From Cetorhinus maximus (Eukaryota): a stretch of DNA of 64,000 nt. Position numbers and translations under genes: made by a program. The stretch covers positions 38,936,001-39,000,000 of the forward strand of contig NC_135890.1 in the NCBI RefSeq assembly GCF_964194155.1. The letters are read 5' to 3'. The notes below the pieces were generated by a model. That model made no database searches and was not told the DNA's origin. It saw nothing but the letters and a program-made list of their open reading frames with translations. This document shows positions 1 to 12,720 of the stretch, one piece after another. The stretch's first letter is position 1. Every line of letters starts with the position of its first letter.

Positions 1-120
1 TTACTGGGGATTATTGTGAAACGGAGATTGACCTTTGTTATTCAAATCCATGTGGTAGTCATGGTCTCTGCAGAAGCAGGGAGGGAGGCTACAACTGTGA
101 ATGCCGTGAAGATTATACAG
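1..120 (+). CDS. CELSR1: CELSR1 (Flamingo-family adhesion GPCR) coding exon, 5'-partial; EGF-like repeat
   Basis: Frame 3 reads TGDYCETEIDLCYSNPCGSHGLCRSREGGYNCECREDYT(G), the CELSR EGF repeats; ends ACAG|GTAAGT (donor at 121, phase 1). Too short for the ORF track. Confidence 0.9.
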
Positions 121-219
121 GTAAGTGTCTCAAGTGTTTTTATTTTAAATTTGTTTATTTAAGATGAAGGCCCAATTCTAATTTGGAATGTACAGTATCA
201 TGTGTGAACTTCATAATCA

Positions 220-287
220 GAAGCAAAGTTCTGCAAATGCTGAAATTGTGAAATAAAGCCAGAAAATGCTGGTAATATATTTAGCAT
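220..287 (-). mobile_element. Degenerate terminal fragment of a Penelope-like element
   Basis: gcaaatgctgaaattgtgaaataaagccagaaaatgctgg resembles the PLE termini at 56774, 58615 and 61167. Confidence 0.45.
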
Positions 288-299
288 CACCTTTTAATC

Positions 300-1400
300 T
301 CTCAATCTACCTCAACAAATTCGCCCCCTCAGATGTTGTTTACATTTAAGACCTTAGTTTCAGAGTTAACCACAAAACCCTCAAACTTAATCTGAAATTC
401 CATCATATTTTGATCACTCTCTCCCAGTGGAGCTTTTACAGTAAGATTAATAATTAACCCTGTCTCATTACACAATACTATATCTAAAAAAGCCTTTTCC
501 CTAATTGGTTCATCAATGCATTGTTCTAGAAAACTCTGTAGATTGCATTCTATGAACTTGTCCTCCAAGTAACTTTTACCAATTTGGTTTGTCCAGTCTA
601 TATGAAGATTAAAATCCCCCATGATTTTTGCATTACATTTGTTAAATGCCCCTTTAATTTGATGACTTATACTATGCCCAAAACTATGATTACTGTTGAG
701 GGATCTACAAGCTACCGCTTTCTAGGTTTTTTAGGTCCACCCATACTAATTGTATTTCCTGACTTTCTGAGCTAAAGTCCTTTCTCGTCACTGCCTTTAT
801 GTCATCCTTTATTATCAGGGCTACCCCACCTCATTTTCCATTTTGTCTGTCTTTTCTAAAAGTCAAGTACCCGAGACTATACAGTTCCCATCTTTGGGCA
901 CTTAGCATCCTTGTCTCGGTATTGGCTATTAGATCAAACCCATCTATATTAGTGCCTAAATTATCTATTTTGTCACAAATGTTTCATGCATTCAAAAATA
1001 ATACCTTTAATTTTAAGCTTTTACTATTTTTCCCTGAAGTGGCCTTCATCGCTAATGACCTATAAGGGTTATTAAATTCTCTGTGCCATCATGATATAAT
1101 TTACTTGTTTTTACCAAAATCGCTGTTCTGCTCTACAACTTGGGCTTTACTCGTCAGACCTATAAATTGACCTTTTGCCTGAAGCCTTCATATCCCCCCC
1201 ACCCTTATTAGTTTCAAGCCCTATCTACCACCCTAGGTATTTAATTCACTACAATACTGGATCCTAGCTCAGTTTATTTGGTGTCTGTTCCTTTGGAATG
1301 GTTCCCTCTTTTCCCTGTACTGGTGTCAGTGTTTCATGAATTGAAACTCCTGCCTCCCACACCACTCTTTCAGCCATGCATTTAGATCTCTAGCCTGTTT
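300..1400 (-). mobile_element. Decayed CR1 LINE, endonuclease (APE) region of ORF2
   Basis: ORF 329..622 has MGDFNLHIDW, PIREKAFLDIVL and LGESDQN (APE motifs GDFN, LD, SDH). Confidence 0.8.
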
Positions 1401-2144
1401 GTCCCTACGCAGGGAGTTATTTCCCTATTATGAAAAGGTGGATGAAAATAAAATGGACACATACCTGTTTGACAGTGTTAGCCTAATGTTATTCATTGTG
1501 GTTGGTTTTATCGTATAGTTATGCTTGATGACAGGTTGGTAGTACATGAAAGCCTTTTTCTGACCAGTGTTTGGACCTCTTGTCAGCTTCAACTGCACTG
1601 TATAGATTTCAGTTGGATCTAATTCATCAACTGTCATAGTAGTCTATGTCAAGGCCATCTAGGTGGGCTTATATCACAGATAAATAGCATAGTAATGGAC
1701 AGTGGCATTCAGTTATTCAGTGATCGGGTTAAAGGTCAATGCAAGAAGTCTTAAGTGGGATATTTCTTCCAGCTGAGGTTACAAATGGATCACTGATAGA
1801 ATATAACGCCACAACCACCCACCCAACATCCTTCCTAATATGGTAGCAGTATATGGAAACGAATTTGCACTTTTTATTTGGAATATTAACTAGGAGCCTC
1901 TTCAACAGATGCCTCATATTTTGCATCAATTAGAGCCAAGGGTCTATTTTCCTAAACATGATTTATAATATCTTTCCAAGATTTAAAAATATTGGACAGC
2001 TTGTCTAAATCTAAGCACCCTCCTGGATCACAATTTATTAGGAAACAGCGAAGTGATAGTATTAGACCTAATCTGAAGCTTGTACCCTGCTTGCGTAAAG
2101 AAGTTTTTCCTCACATTCCCCCTGCACCTCTTTCCCAAATCTGA

Positions 2145-2352
2145 AGTTTAGAAGAATGAGGGGTGATCTTATTGAAACATAACATTCTGAGGGGGCTTGA
2201 AAGGATAGAATCTTGGGAGGATGTTTCCCCACATGGGGGAATCTAGAACTAGAGGGCACAGTTTCAAAATAAATGGTTTCCCATTTGAGACAGAGATGAG
2301 AAGGAATTTCTTCTCTCAGGGGGTCATTGGCATTTGGAATTCCACCCCCCCG

Positions 2353-2384
<32 letters not shown>

Positions 2385-2600
2385 CCACTTCCCAGTGAGC
2401 AGTGGATGCTGGGTCATTGAATATATTCACGGATGAGCTGGACAAATTTTTGATCTACAAAGGAGTCAAGGGTGACCAGGGTTGGGGGCAGGCAGGAAAG
2501 GAGTTAAGGCCACATCAGATCAGTCATGATCTTATTGAATGGCGGAGCAGGCTCAAGGGGCCGAATGGTCTACACTTGCTCCTATTTCTTATGTTCTCAT
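2145..2600 (+). mobile_element. CR1 LINE 3' end with internal poly-C tract
   Basis: RGDLIET, SRTRGHS, RRNFFSQ coding remnants; 3' tail gggccgaatggtctac...cctatttcttatgttct. Confidence 0.85.
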
Positions 2601-3801
2601 GAATAAAGCTGAGCACTGGAAATGCACTCTGCAAGCACCTGGAAAAAGAAAAGACGGGTTCATGTTTTCAGTAAAGATCCTTCACTGGAACTGAAAAGAG
2701 GAGTCTGTGATGCTTTGTAGGACTAACAAAGCAAAGAGAAGAGGAGAGAGCAGGCAAGTAAGTGAAATATATTACTGGTAACGAAAGAGCTTAGAAACAA
2801 ACTAAAATTGAAGAAGAGGGCATATGGGATTTACAGGTGTGATTTTAATGAGGACAATATGAGGAAAAGGGAATATGTGGAGAAGTCTCAAAATATCGAA
2901 AAGAACATTATTCTACAAATATATCAGCAAAAAATGAATTATTAAATGTGTGGCGGGACCCCTGGGAGGAGAGAAAGGTGATTCAATGGAGAATAAACAG
3001 AAGTTGACTAGAATACTGAGAACAAGTGTGACAACCTTTGACCTAAAGCAGTACAGTAAAGAAAATTTGTAATTTCTTTAAAATATTTGTAGAATCTGCA
3101 ATTGTTTTCAAGAATATTTGAAAAGGACTTTTAAAGGGCTTGTAAAGGGATCAATTATAATTTTCATGGATAATAAAAAATACTGGTCCAAGTGACCTGA
3201 TGACCTTCAACCTGGAAGGAGTACCAACAGAAAGGAAGTTAACATATGAAAGCCGTGTGGCTGGCAGACACAAGAAGAGTTGGGGATGGATGCTGATCAC
3301 ACAATTGCAGGAGCTCTTAGAGGTACTGTGTGAGCAGGTTAAAAAGGTCTAAAACCTCTAAGGTTGTGTGAATAACTCATAGACGTTGAATATCTGAGTG
3401 TTTTACCAGAAGTGACCAAATTGTGAACCAGGGTATTATTAGTTGGTTGATTGAAAAGGAACTCTTGAAAGTTACACCATCAGGATTGCTGTGACCCGAG
3501 AGAAAGGATTTGTAAAAATGTGCCTTACTAATGGAAATTGTTCTCATGAAACTCAGAGGTGAAAGCTGCTGTCGGATAGGACTTCTGACCTATCCTGCAT
3601 GAATAAAGAACAGCATACCTTGGAAGGAGTCCCACATGTCTGCGAGGAGTGAGGAGAGTGCTTGTGCTTGTGTAAGACACATCTTTGCTGTATCGACTAC
3701 TTACAGCGAAATTTACCTTTTTTATGTGAAATATCTTTTGTTGGATAATTCTCATTGAAATTGGTTGGTTCTGAGTCGTGTTAAAGTAAAAAAAAATTTT
3801 T

Positions 3802-5220
3802 TTATTCATTCACGGGATGTGGGCTTCATTGGCTGAGCCAGCATTTACTGCCCATCCCTAGTTGCCCTTGAGAAGGTGATGGTGAGCTGCTTTCTTGAAC
3901 TGCTGCAGTCCATGTGGTGTAGGTACACCCACAGTGCTGTTAGGAAGGGAGTTCAAGGATTTTGACCCAGTGACAGTGAAAGAACAGTGATATATTTCCA
4001 AGTCAGGATGGTGAGTGACTTGGAAGGGAACCTCCAGGTTGTGGTGTTCCCATCTATCTGCTGCCCTTGTCCTTCTAGTTGGTAGTGGTCTTGGGTTTAG
4101 AAGGTGCTGTTGAAGGAGCCTTGGTGAATTCCTGCAGTGCATTTTGTAGATGGTACACACTGTTGTGACTGTGCATTGGTGGTGGAGGGAGTAAATGTTT
4201 TTTGTGGATGTGGTGCCAAACAAGTGGGCTGCTTTGTCCTGGACGGTGTCAAGCTTCTTGAGTGTTGTGGGAGTTGCACTTATCGGCAAGTGGGGAGTAT
4301 TCCATCACACTCCTGACTTGTGCCTTGTAGCTGGTGGACAGGCTTTGGGGAGTCAGGAGGTGAGCTACTCGTTGCAGGATTCCTAGCCTCACACCTGCTC
4401 TCGTAGCCACAGTATTTATATGGCTAGTCCAGTTCATTTTCTGGTCAATGGTAACCCCCAGGATGTTGACATTGGGGGACTCAGTGATGGTAATGCCATT
4501 GAACATCAAGGGACGATGGTTGGATTTTCTCTTGTTGGAGATGGTCATTGCCTCGCACTTGTGTGGTGTGAATGTTACTTGTCACTTGTCAACCCAAGCC
4601 TGGGTATTGTCCAGGTCTTGCTGCATTTGGACATGGACTGTTTCAGTATCTGAGGAGTCGTGAATGGTGCTGAACATTGTGCAATCATCAGCGAACATCC
4701 CCACTTCTGACCTTATGATGGAAGGAAAGTCATTGATGAAGCAGTTGAAGATGGTTGAGCTGAGGATACTACCCTAAAGAACTCCTGCAGTGATGTCCTG
4801 GAGCTGAGATGACTGACCTCCAACAACCACAACCATCTTCCTTTGTGCTAGGTATGACTCCATCCAGCAGAAAGTTTTCCCCCGACTCCCATTGACTCCA
4901 GTTTTGCTAGGGCTCCTTGATGCCACACTCGGTCAAATGCGGCCTTGATGTCAAGGGCAATCACTCTCACCTCACCTGGGGAATTCAGCTCTTTTGTCCA
5001 TGTTTGAACCAAGGCTGTTTTGAGGTTAGGAGCTGAGTGGCCCTGGCAGAACCCAAACTGGGCGTCAGCGAGCAGGTTATTGCTAAGCAAGCGCTGTTTG
5101 ATAGCACTGTTGATGATGGGGCTCACTGATGATTGAGAGTACACTGATGGGGCGGTAATTGGCTGGATTGGATTTGTCCTGCTTTTTGTGTGCAGGACAT
5201 ACCTGAGCAATTTTCCACAT
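3802..5220 (-). mobile_element. 5'-truncated copy of the CR1-group LINE family seen full length at 21876-25097
   Basis: RT motifs ALDIKAAFDRVWH and YKAQVRSVMEYSP; same 3' tail (ctcaagggcaa.tagggatgggc...cccacatcccgtgaatgaa). Confidence 0.9.
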
Positions 5221-5369
5221 AGCTCGGTAGTTAGGTACAGAAAGCGAAATCTTGTTGGTGATTTCTTCATTTGGTTATCTAGGTTCATGGTTTCCCATGG
5301 GGTAAATGGGACAGAAGCATATTGGGAGCAGGAAAATTTTGAATTAATTAAGATTGAGATGAGTGATAA

Positions 5370-6080
5370 AATAAATAATGAAACAAGTTAGTTAAGCTGT
5401 CCTGCTGGAATCTGATGGGATAAATCAAAGGATCCTGAGGGAATTGGAGGAAAAAAATTTCAGATGCAAGAGGAATGTTATTTCAGGATTCTATTGCGAA
5501 TGCACTAGTAAGCGGGCCAATGTAGTACCAATTTTTAAAAAAGGGCAGGGTGTGCTAACCTGAATAATTACAAGCCAGCTTGTTTAGCATCCATGATCAG
5601 AAATATTTTTGCATCTTAGATTAATGATTAAATTATTAAATATCTAGATGAAGAGAAAATTATTAGACACTACGACCACAATTTTGAGAAAGGAAAACTG
5701 TCTGCTTACAAACCTGTTAGAGCTCTATAAGAAGATGCCAGATTTGGTGGATATGGGCCAGATGGATCTTCGCAAAACCTTTGACAAGCTACCACATAAG
5801 AGACTAATTGAGAAGACTAACTGAGATTAGTGGGAAGGTAGCAAATTAGATCAAAAAGTGGTTAGAAGGGAGAAAACCAATTAAGTGCAGTTTTTTGGAG
5901 TGGCGGAAGCCGGGATTTGGTCTGGGACTGCTTCAGTTCACTTGTACATCAGTGATTTTGATAAAGGGCAAAATAGAGTTAAGCCCAAATTTGTAGAAAA
6001 TACTAAAATAGAAGGCATGGTGAATAATTCTGAGGACCACAGGAAGCTGTCAAGTGATAAGATGATTAAAAAAGATCATA
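5370..6080 (+). mobile_element. Old, heavily decayed CR1 RT fragment (appears to resume at ~10725-11430)
   Basis: Remnants of DKSKGP, ANVVPIFKKG, NYKP, DLRKTFDK; the segment after 10720 continues with RSQLEYCMQFW and a CR1-type tail. Confidence 0.6.
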
Positions 6081-8092
6081 ACTATACTTTGAGGGGGACA
6101 AAGGGGGGGGGGGGGGGGGGGGGTTCAGGCGAAGGGAGACTTAGTAATCCAAAGGGAAAGGCCGAGGTATCGGAACAGTATAGTGACGTGGGTAAAGACA
6201 AGCAGGGTTCAACAGGAAGGGACAGAGAGTTTAACAAAAAAAATGCACATCATCGAATAAGGTCATTGCAGGGAATAGAAGTTTAAAAAAATGAAATTAA
6301 ATGTTCTTTATCTGAATGCATGAAGCATCTGCAATGAGATGGATGAATTAGTGGCACAAATAGAGATAAATGATTTAGATCTGATTACCATTACAGAAAT
6401 ATGTTTACATGGTGATCAAGGCTAAGAAATAAATATTCCAGGGTACATAATATTTCAGAAAGCAAGACAGAATGGCAAAGGAGATGGGATAACCCTTATA
6501 ATGAAGGATGATAGAAAGACATTAGTGGGAAAGAATCTGGCCTCTGCAGATCTGAAGTAGAATCAGTATGGGTGGAAATTAGGAATAGCATGAGTCAGAA
6601 AACACTGGTGGGAGTAGTTGATAGACCACCTAAAATTAGTTATACCATTGGGCAGAGCATTAAACAAGACATTATTGGAGCCTGTAACAAAGGAAATGTA
6701 ATAATTGTGGAGAATTTTAATTTTCATATAGACTGAGACAATGAAATTGGCAAGAATGGTCTAGAAAGGTGAGTTTGTAGAATGTTTTTGTGACAGCTTC
6801 TTGGAGAAATACGTAGTGGAACTGACTAGGGATAAAACTATCTTAGTTCTGGTATTGTGTAATGAAGCAAGGTTAATTATTAATGTCAAAGTAAAAGATC
6901 CACTGGGAAATAGCGACCATAATACTATTCAATTCCATGTCAAGTTTGAAAGTGACACACTCCAATTGCAAAGAAAATTCTGAAAATTAAACAAAGCCAA
7001 TTACATAGGTATGAGGGGAGAACTGGCTAAGGTTAGTTGGGTAAATAGACTGAAAGGCATGGAGGTAAATGAGCAGTGGGAAATACTTAAAAGAAACGAT
7101 TCAGTGTTCAACAAAAATACATTCCATTGAAGAACAAAAACTCAGCAAGGAGGACCCATCCGTAGCTCACTCAGGAAGTTAAGGATAATAGATTAAAAGA
7201 AGAGGCTTACAATGTTGCAAAAAAACAGTAGCAAATCTTAGGATTGGTAGTGTTTAGAAACCAGCAAAGGGCCACAAAAAATTGACGATAAGAGAAAAAT
7301 TGAATATGAGAGTAAGCTAGCCAGAAATATAAAAAATAATTGTAAGAGCTTTTATAAGTATATAAAAAGGAAGAGAGTAGCTCAAGTAAACATTGGTCCC
7401 TTAGAAGCAGAGACAGGAGAAATTATCATGGGGAATGAGGAAATGGAGGAGGCACTGAACAAATATTTTGTCTGTCTTCACATTGAAGACAAAAGCACCA
7501 TACCAGAAATAGATGGTAAACTAGGGACTAAACAGAGTGAGGAAATTAGGGAAATGAATATCAGCAGAGATAAAGTATTGGATAAATTTAAGGGACTAAA
7601 ATCCTACAAATCCCTGGGACCTGATGGCCTATACCCTAGTGTTCTAAAAGAGATAACTAAAGAGATAGTGGATGTGCTAGCTATGATTTTCCAAAATTCC
7701 TTAGATTCAGGAATGGCCCCACTAGATTGGAAGTTGGCAAATATTACACCACTTTTCAAGAAAGGAGGGCGAGAGAAAGCAGTGAACTAATACAGGCCAG
7801 TTAGCTTGACATCATTTGTTGGGAAAATGCTGGAATCTATTATTAAGGAAGCCTTAACAATGCACTTAGAAAATCATAGTATGATTAGAACAAGTCAACA
7901 TGGTTTTACTAAGGGGAAGTCTTGTTTGACAAATTTATTAAAGGTTTTTCAGAATGTAACTAGTCAGGTAGATAAAGGGGAGCCAGTAGATGTAGTATAC
8001 CTGGGTTTCCAAAACACATTCTAAAGGTTAATAGGCAAAATAAGGGCTCATGGAGTTGGGGGTAATATATTAGCATGGATAGTGGATTGGTT

Positions 8093-9654
8093 CAAAAAAG
8101 GTTGTAATGATAAGCCCAGTAATTACAGGCCAGTCAGTTTAAATTTAGTGGTAGGCAGAATTCTAGAAACAATTATTCGGGATAGAATTAGTAACCACAT
8201 GGAAAAATATGGGTTGATAAGGAAGAGCCAGCAAGGATTCCTAAAGGGGAAACCATGTTTAATTAAACTACTAGAGTTTTTTGAAGAGTTAATAGAAAAG
8301 GTCGATGAGGGTAATGCTGTTGATGTGGTGTACATGGACTTTCAAAAGTCATTTAATACAGTGCCACACAACAGACTTGTGAGAAAAGTTATTGCTCATG
8401 GAATAAAAGGGACAGTAGCAACATGGATACAAAATTGGCTGAAAAATAGGAAGCAGAAAGTAATAGTCAATGGATATATTTTGGGTTGGAGGAAGACTTC
8501 CCCACGGGTCAGTATTGGGACCCTTGCTTTTCCTGATATATATTAATGATCTAGATCTTGGTGTGCAGGGGACAATTTCAAAGTTTGCAGATGATACAAA
8601 GCTTAGGAGTGTTGTAAACTGAAGAGGGCAGTGTGGAATTTCAAAAGGACATAGACAAGTTGGTGGAATGGGCAGATAGGTGGCAGATGAAGTTCAATGT
8701 GAAGGAGTGTGAGGTGATGCATTTTGGTAGGAAGAACATGGACAGACAATATAAAATAAGGGGTGAAATTTTAAAAGGGGTGCAGGAACAGAAAGACCTG
8801 GGTGTATATGTGCGTAGATCATTGAAGGTGGCAGGACAGTTTGAGAGAGCAGTTAATAAAGCATATACTAGCCTGAGCTTTATTAATAGGGGCATAGAGT
8901 ACAAGAGCAAGGAGGTTATGCTGAATTTATATAAGACACTCGTTAGACCTCAGCTGGAGCAGTATGTACAGTTCTGGGCGCTACATTATAGGAAGAAAAA
9001 TTCTTTCAAGTTATTAACAGTCACAGATTGCAACTCTTTCGAGTACAATCACAGTTCTTGGTTTCCGGGTGTGGGACATGAACCCACAACCCTCTGATTC
9101 AAAGGCGAGGGTGCTATGAACTGAGCCACAGCTGACACCTCTATTATAGGAAGAATGTGAACACATTGGAGAGAGTGCAGAAGAGGTCTACAAGAATGGT
9201 TCCAGGGATGAGAAACTTCAGTTGCGAAGTTGGATTGGGGAGGTTGGGACTGTTCTCCTTGGAGGGAAGAAGGCTAAGAGGAGATTTGACAGAGATGTTC
9301 AAAATCATGAGGGGGCTGGACAGAGTAGACAGGGAGAAACTGTTCCCATTCGTAAAAGGATCAAGAATGAGAGGGCACAGATTTAAAGTGATTTGCAAAA
9401 GAAGCAAATGTGACGTGAGAAAAAACTTTTTCACACAGCAAGTGGTTCAGGTCCGGAATGCACTGCCTGGAAGTGTGGTGGAGGCAGCTTAAAACGAGGC
9501 ATTCAAGAGGGCATTAGATGATTATTTGAATAGAAATAATGTGCAGGTGTATGGGGAAAAGGCAGGGCAATGGTACTAGGTCGTAATGCTCATTTGGAGA
9601 GTTGATGCAGGCATGATGGGCTGAATGGTCTCCTCCTATGCTGTTCAAATTCTG
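8093..9654 (+). mobile_element. Second CR1 copy nested inside the 6130-10720 CR1
   Basis: Starts at FKKG..NYRPVSL and ends in a gggctgaatggtctcctcc tail; flanked by TGGTT (8088-8092 and 9655-9659), after which the host RT resumes (tggttaacacatag). Confidence 0.85.
8998..9142 (-). mobile_element. 145-bp tRNA-derived SINE nested in CR1
   Basis: 13-bp TSD ATTATAGGAAGAA (8985-8997 and 9143-9155); minus strand has A box TGGCTCAGTT and B-box-like GGTTCATGTCC. Confidence 0.85.
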
Positions 9655-11639
9655 TGGTTAACACATAGAAAACAGAGTGGGCCTAAATGGGGCTTTTTCA
9701 AGTTGTTCGTCAGCGGGTACTGGAGTGCCGCAAAGATCAGTTCTGGGACCTCAGTTATTTACAGTCTATATTAATGACTTAGATGAAGAGACCAAGAGTA
9801 ATTTATCTAAATTTGCTGATGATACCATACTAGGTGGAAAGGTAAACTGTGGGGAGGACACAGAAGCTGCAAAGAGATATAGAAAAGTTACGTGAAGGGG
9901 CAACAAAATGGCAGATGGAGTACAATATAAGGAAATGTGAAGTTATTCGCTTTGATCGTAAGAATAAAAAAGCAGACTATTTTTTAAAAGGTGAAAAACA
10001 TGTAAGTGTTGATGTTCAAAGGGACTTGGGTATGCTGGTACAAGGAAAGCAGAAAGTTAGCATACAGGTGCAGCAACCAATTAGGAAGACAAATGGCATA
10101 TTGGCTTTTATTGCAAGGGGTTTGGAGTACAAGAATAAAGAAGCCTTGTCACAGTTGTACAGGGTTTTGGTGAGACTGCATTTGGAGTACTGTGTGCAGT
10201 TTTGGTCTCCACATTTAAGAAAGGATATACTTGCATTGAAGGTGGTGCAGCGAAAATTCACTAAATTGGTCCCTGGGATGAGGTGGTTGTCCTATGATGA
10301 GATGCTGAGTAAATTGGGCTAATAATCTCTGGAGTTTAGAAAAATGAGAGGTGAAAATTCTGAAGGGGCTTGATTGGGTAGACACTGAGATTGATTCCGT
10401 TGGTCGGGGAATCTAAAACATGAGGGCACGGTCTCAGGGTTAGGGGCCGATCATTTAGGACTGAGATGAGGAGCAATTTCTTCACTCAAAGGGTTGTGAT
10501 TCTTTGGAATTCTCTGCCCCGGCGGCTTGTGGATTCTCCATTGTTGAATACATTTAAGGCTGGGATAGATAGACTTTTGGGGTCTCAGGGAATTAAGGGA
10601 TATGGGGAGTTGGTAGGAAAATGGAGTTGAAGCCCAAGATCAGCCATGATCACACTGAATGGCAGAGCAGGCTCGATGGACCATGTGGTTTACTTCTGCT
10701 CCTATTTCTTATGTTCTTATGAATGGGGCAAGGTGAGCTATGAAAGAGCAGAGAGATTCGGGGGCTGAGGTTGACAAACTATTTAAAGCAATGCTTCAAG
10801 TGGATGAGGCCATTCTTAATAAGATAAACTGGTGGAACAGTTTTATGGCAAGAGGTGTGGAATATAAAAGTCAAAAGCAATGTGTATAAAACCTTTTGTA
10901 GGTCACAGTTGGAGTACTGCATGCAGTTTTGGGGCACCACGCAATGGGAGCATGTTGATTTGAGGCCAAAGAGATGGTACAATTGAGATTGACTAGGATG
11001 CTGCCTGTTACGAGGAAATACAAATAGGAAAACAGACTTGAACAATTGGGTCCATTTTAATTAAAACAGAGAGAGTTCTGAAGTAATTTGGTAGAGGTAT
11101 TTAAAATTATGAAGAGATGTTACAGGGTAAATAGAAACAGATTGTTTCTCATGGCTAATGACTCTAGAACAAGGAAGGCATAGATGTAGGATTAAATATG
11201 AGATTTGGGACAGAGCAGGGAATTTTTTTTAATATATATTTGCATTATCAGAGTTAGCGATTGGAGCAGAGACCATGCCAGCATTTAAGAATAGGTTAGA
11301 TAAGAGGCTGAAGGAAAGAGAAAAACTTGGCAGGAACATAGGACAGGGACCACTGCTTGTGTGGAAGAGGATAGATGCCAACTCTGACTGGTTGGATCAA
11401 ATGGCCTATTTCCATGTTGTAATGTCTGTGTCATTCTACACAACTGCTACTAGGAAAAAGCAGCCAGAAGTTTTCGAAGCCTGTAAAGCCTTGTTAAAAT
11501 GCTAAAGTGAGGTGAAACATGCAGGGTGGTAGTTAAAGATCACATCAAACAAGTTTGGAAAAACCAGTGTAAAGATAAAAGATGAATAAAGCAGCTGGAA
11601 AGTAGAAGGGAGTGACATGGAACATGTAAGGAACTGACA

Positions 11640-11890
11640 GGAAAATAGGGAAAAGGCCACAGTCGGAATTTTCAGGTCAATGTTCAGATCAAAAGTTGCA
11701 CAGTAGCCAAAAGGAACATAGTTTGTTTTGAGCTTGGTTAGAATATTGTAGAAGGCCAAAGGCGCTAAGGTGAAACTGAGAATGGAGAGGAGAGTTGAAG
11801 TGGCGCGTAACAGGGATTATATTTATACACAGAATGGAACATTCAACAAGCAGTCACCTGGTCTACATTTGGTTTCTCCAATAAAGAGGA
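11640..11890 (-). mobile_element. Old Penelope-like GIY-YIG remnant
   Basis: acatttggtttctccaataaagagg on the minus strand encodes LFIGETK-like, paralleling 34230-34255. Confidence 0.4.
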
Positions 11891-12427
11891 AACTATTGGG
11901 GCCAAATTACAAAAATTAAGATTTCCCATCTTCAGTTTGAGGGGATAATGAGTAAGACTTCCGGTGTTTTTTGTTATCAGTTCACATTTAGAATATTGTG
12001 TTGTAATGTTGCTTGAAACCTTGGGCACCCTAACTTTAAAATATCAGCAACGAGCTGGAGATTATGATTCTGGAATGTTATGTTCTCAGTTATGAAGCAG
12101 GGCTCAAAACAGGTGGACCGGTGTAAAAAAGTGGCACTGGAAGTTTAAAATGGTGTCAGCTGTGCATGCACACACTTCTGGTGCCAGTCGTGTCAGACAC
12201 CATATTGGTGATCCCATTAGCCAAGACACAGTGAGCATCTGGCATAAGTAGGTAGATCATGATGTCAATCAACATATAGCTCTGTTTTGACACCAGCACT
12301 GGCACTCTGGAGCTCAATGTTCTAGTTAACGTACTCTCTTAGACACACACAGCTGAACAAGCAGTCAACAGCAGGAAAGATACTCCCCACCACCAAACCA
12401 CGCCCCCCCCCCCCCCCCCCCCCCCGA

Positions 12428-12720
12428 TGTTTATGGTCTTCATGTCACACCTGTATGCATCCTTGAAGCAGAGCTCCTAGCATCATACTGATCCTCTGGC
12501 TCCAGCCACCTTGCCATACAGAAAATCCTTGGGAATGTGTCTAGCTTCTATCTATGAATGTGCCTGAGCCAGAGAAATTGCCTCTGCTTGATGAATGCCA
12601 ACGTACTCGGGAGATTAACATTTGAGAGCACTGCCACGTTCGTGATTTTATTCTTCCATGAGATTCCCAGAGTGCACCACAAACAGCAAAAATGGAAGTT
12701 ATTGAACTTCCTTTCCACAA
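12428..12720 (-). mobile_element. RTE/BovB-type LINE C-terminal fragment
   Basis: KQRQFLWLRHIHR followed by IPKDFLYG and CFKD, matching the RTE C-terminal pattern QRRLRWLGHV..IPK.LLYG. Confidence 0.6.

Larger units (their letters stand above)
6130..10720 (+). mobile_element. CR1 LINE (endonuclease, RT and 3' tail), interrupted at 8093-9654
   Basis: LGNSDHN, GPDGLYP, SQHGFTKGKSCLTNL, GVPQRSVLGP, KFADDT motifs; tail cctatttcttatgttcttatg ending ~10720. Confidence 0.9.

Noticed and set aside
2068-2445. Poly-Gly and poly-Pro ORFs (also 5885..6286, 41673..41903, 62993..63262)
   Set aside because: Artefacts of C/G homopolymer tracts within repeats.
3027-5313. Possible LTR (tgtgaca ... tgggaca) split by the 3802-5220 LINE
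   Set aside because: Termini and flanks (caag / gaag) are only suggestive and there is no second copy in the window.
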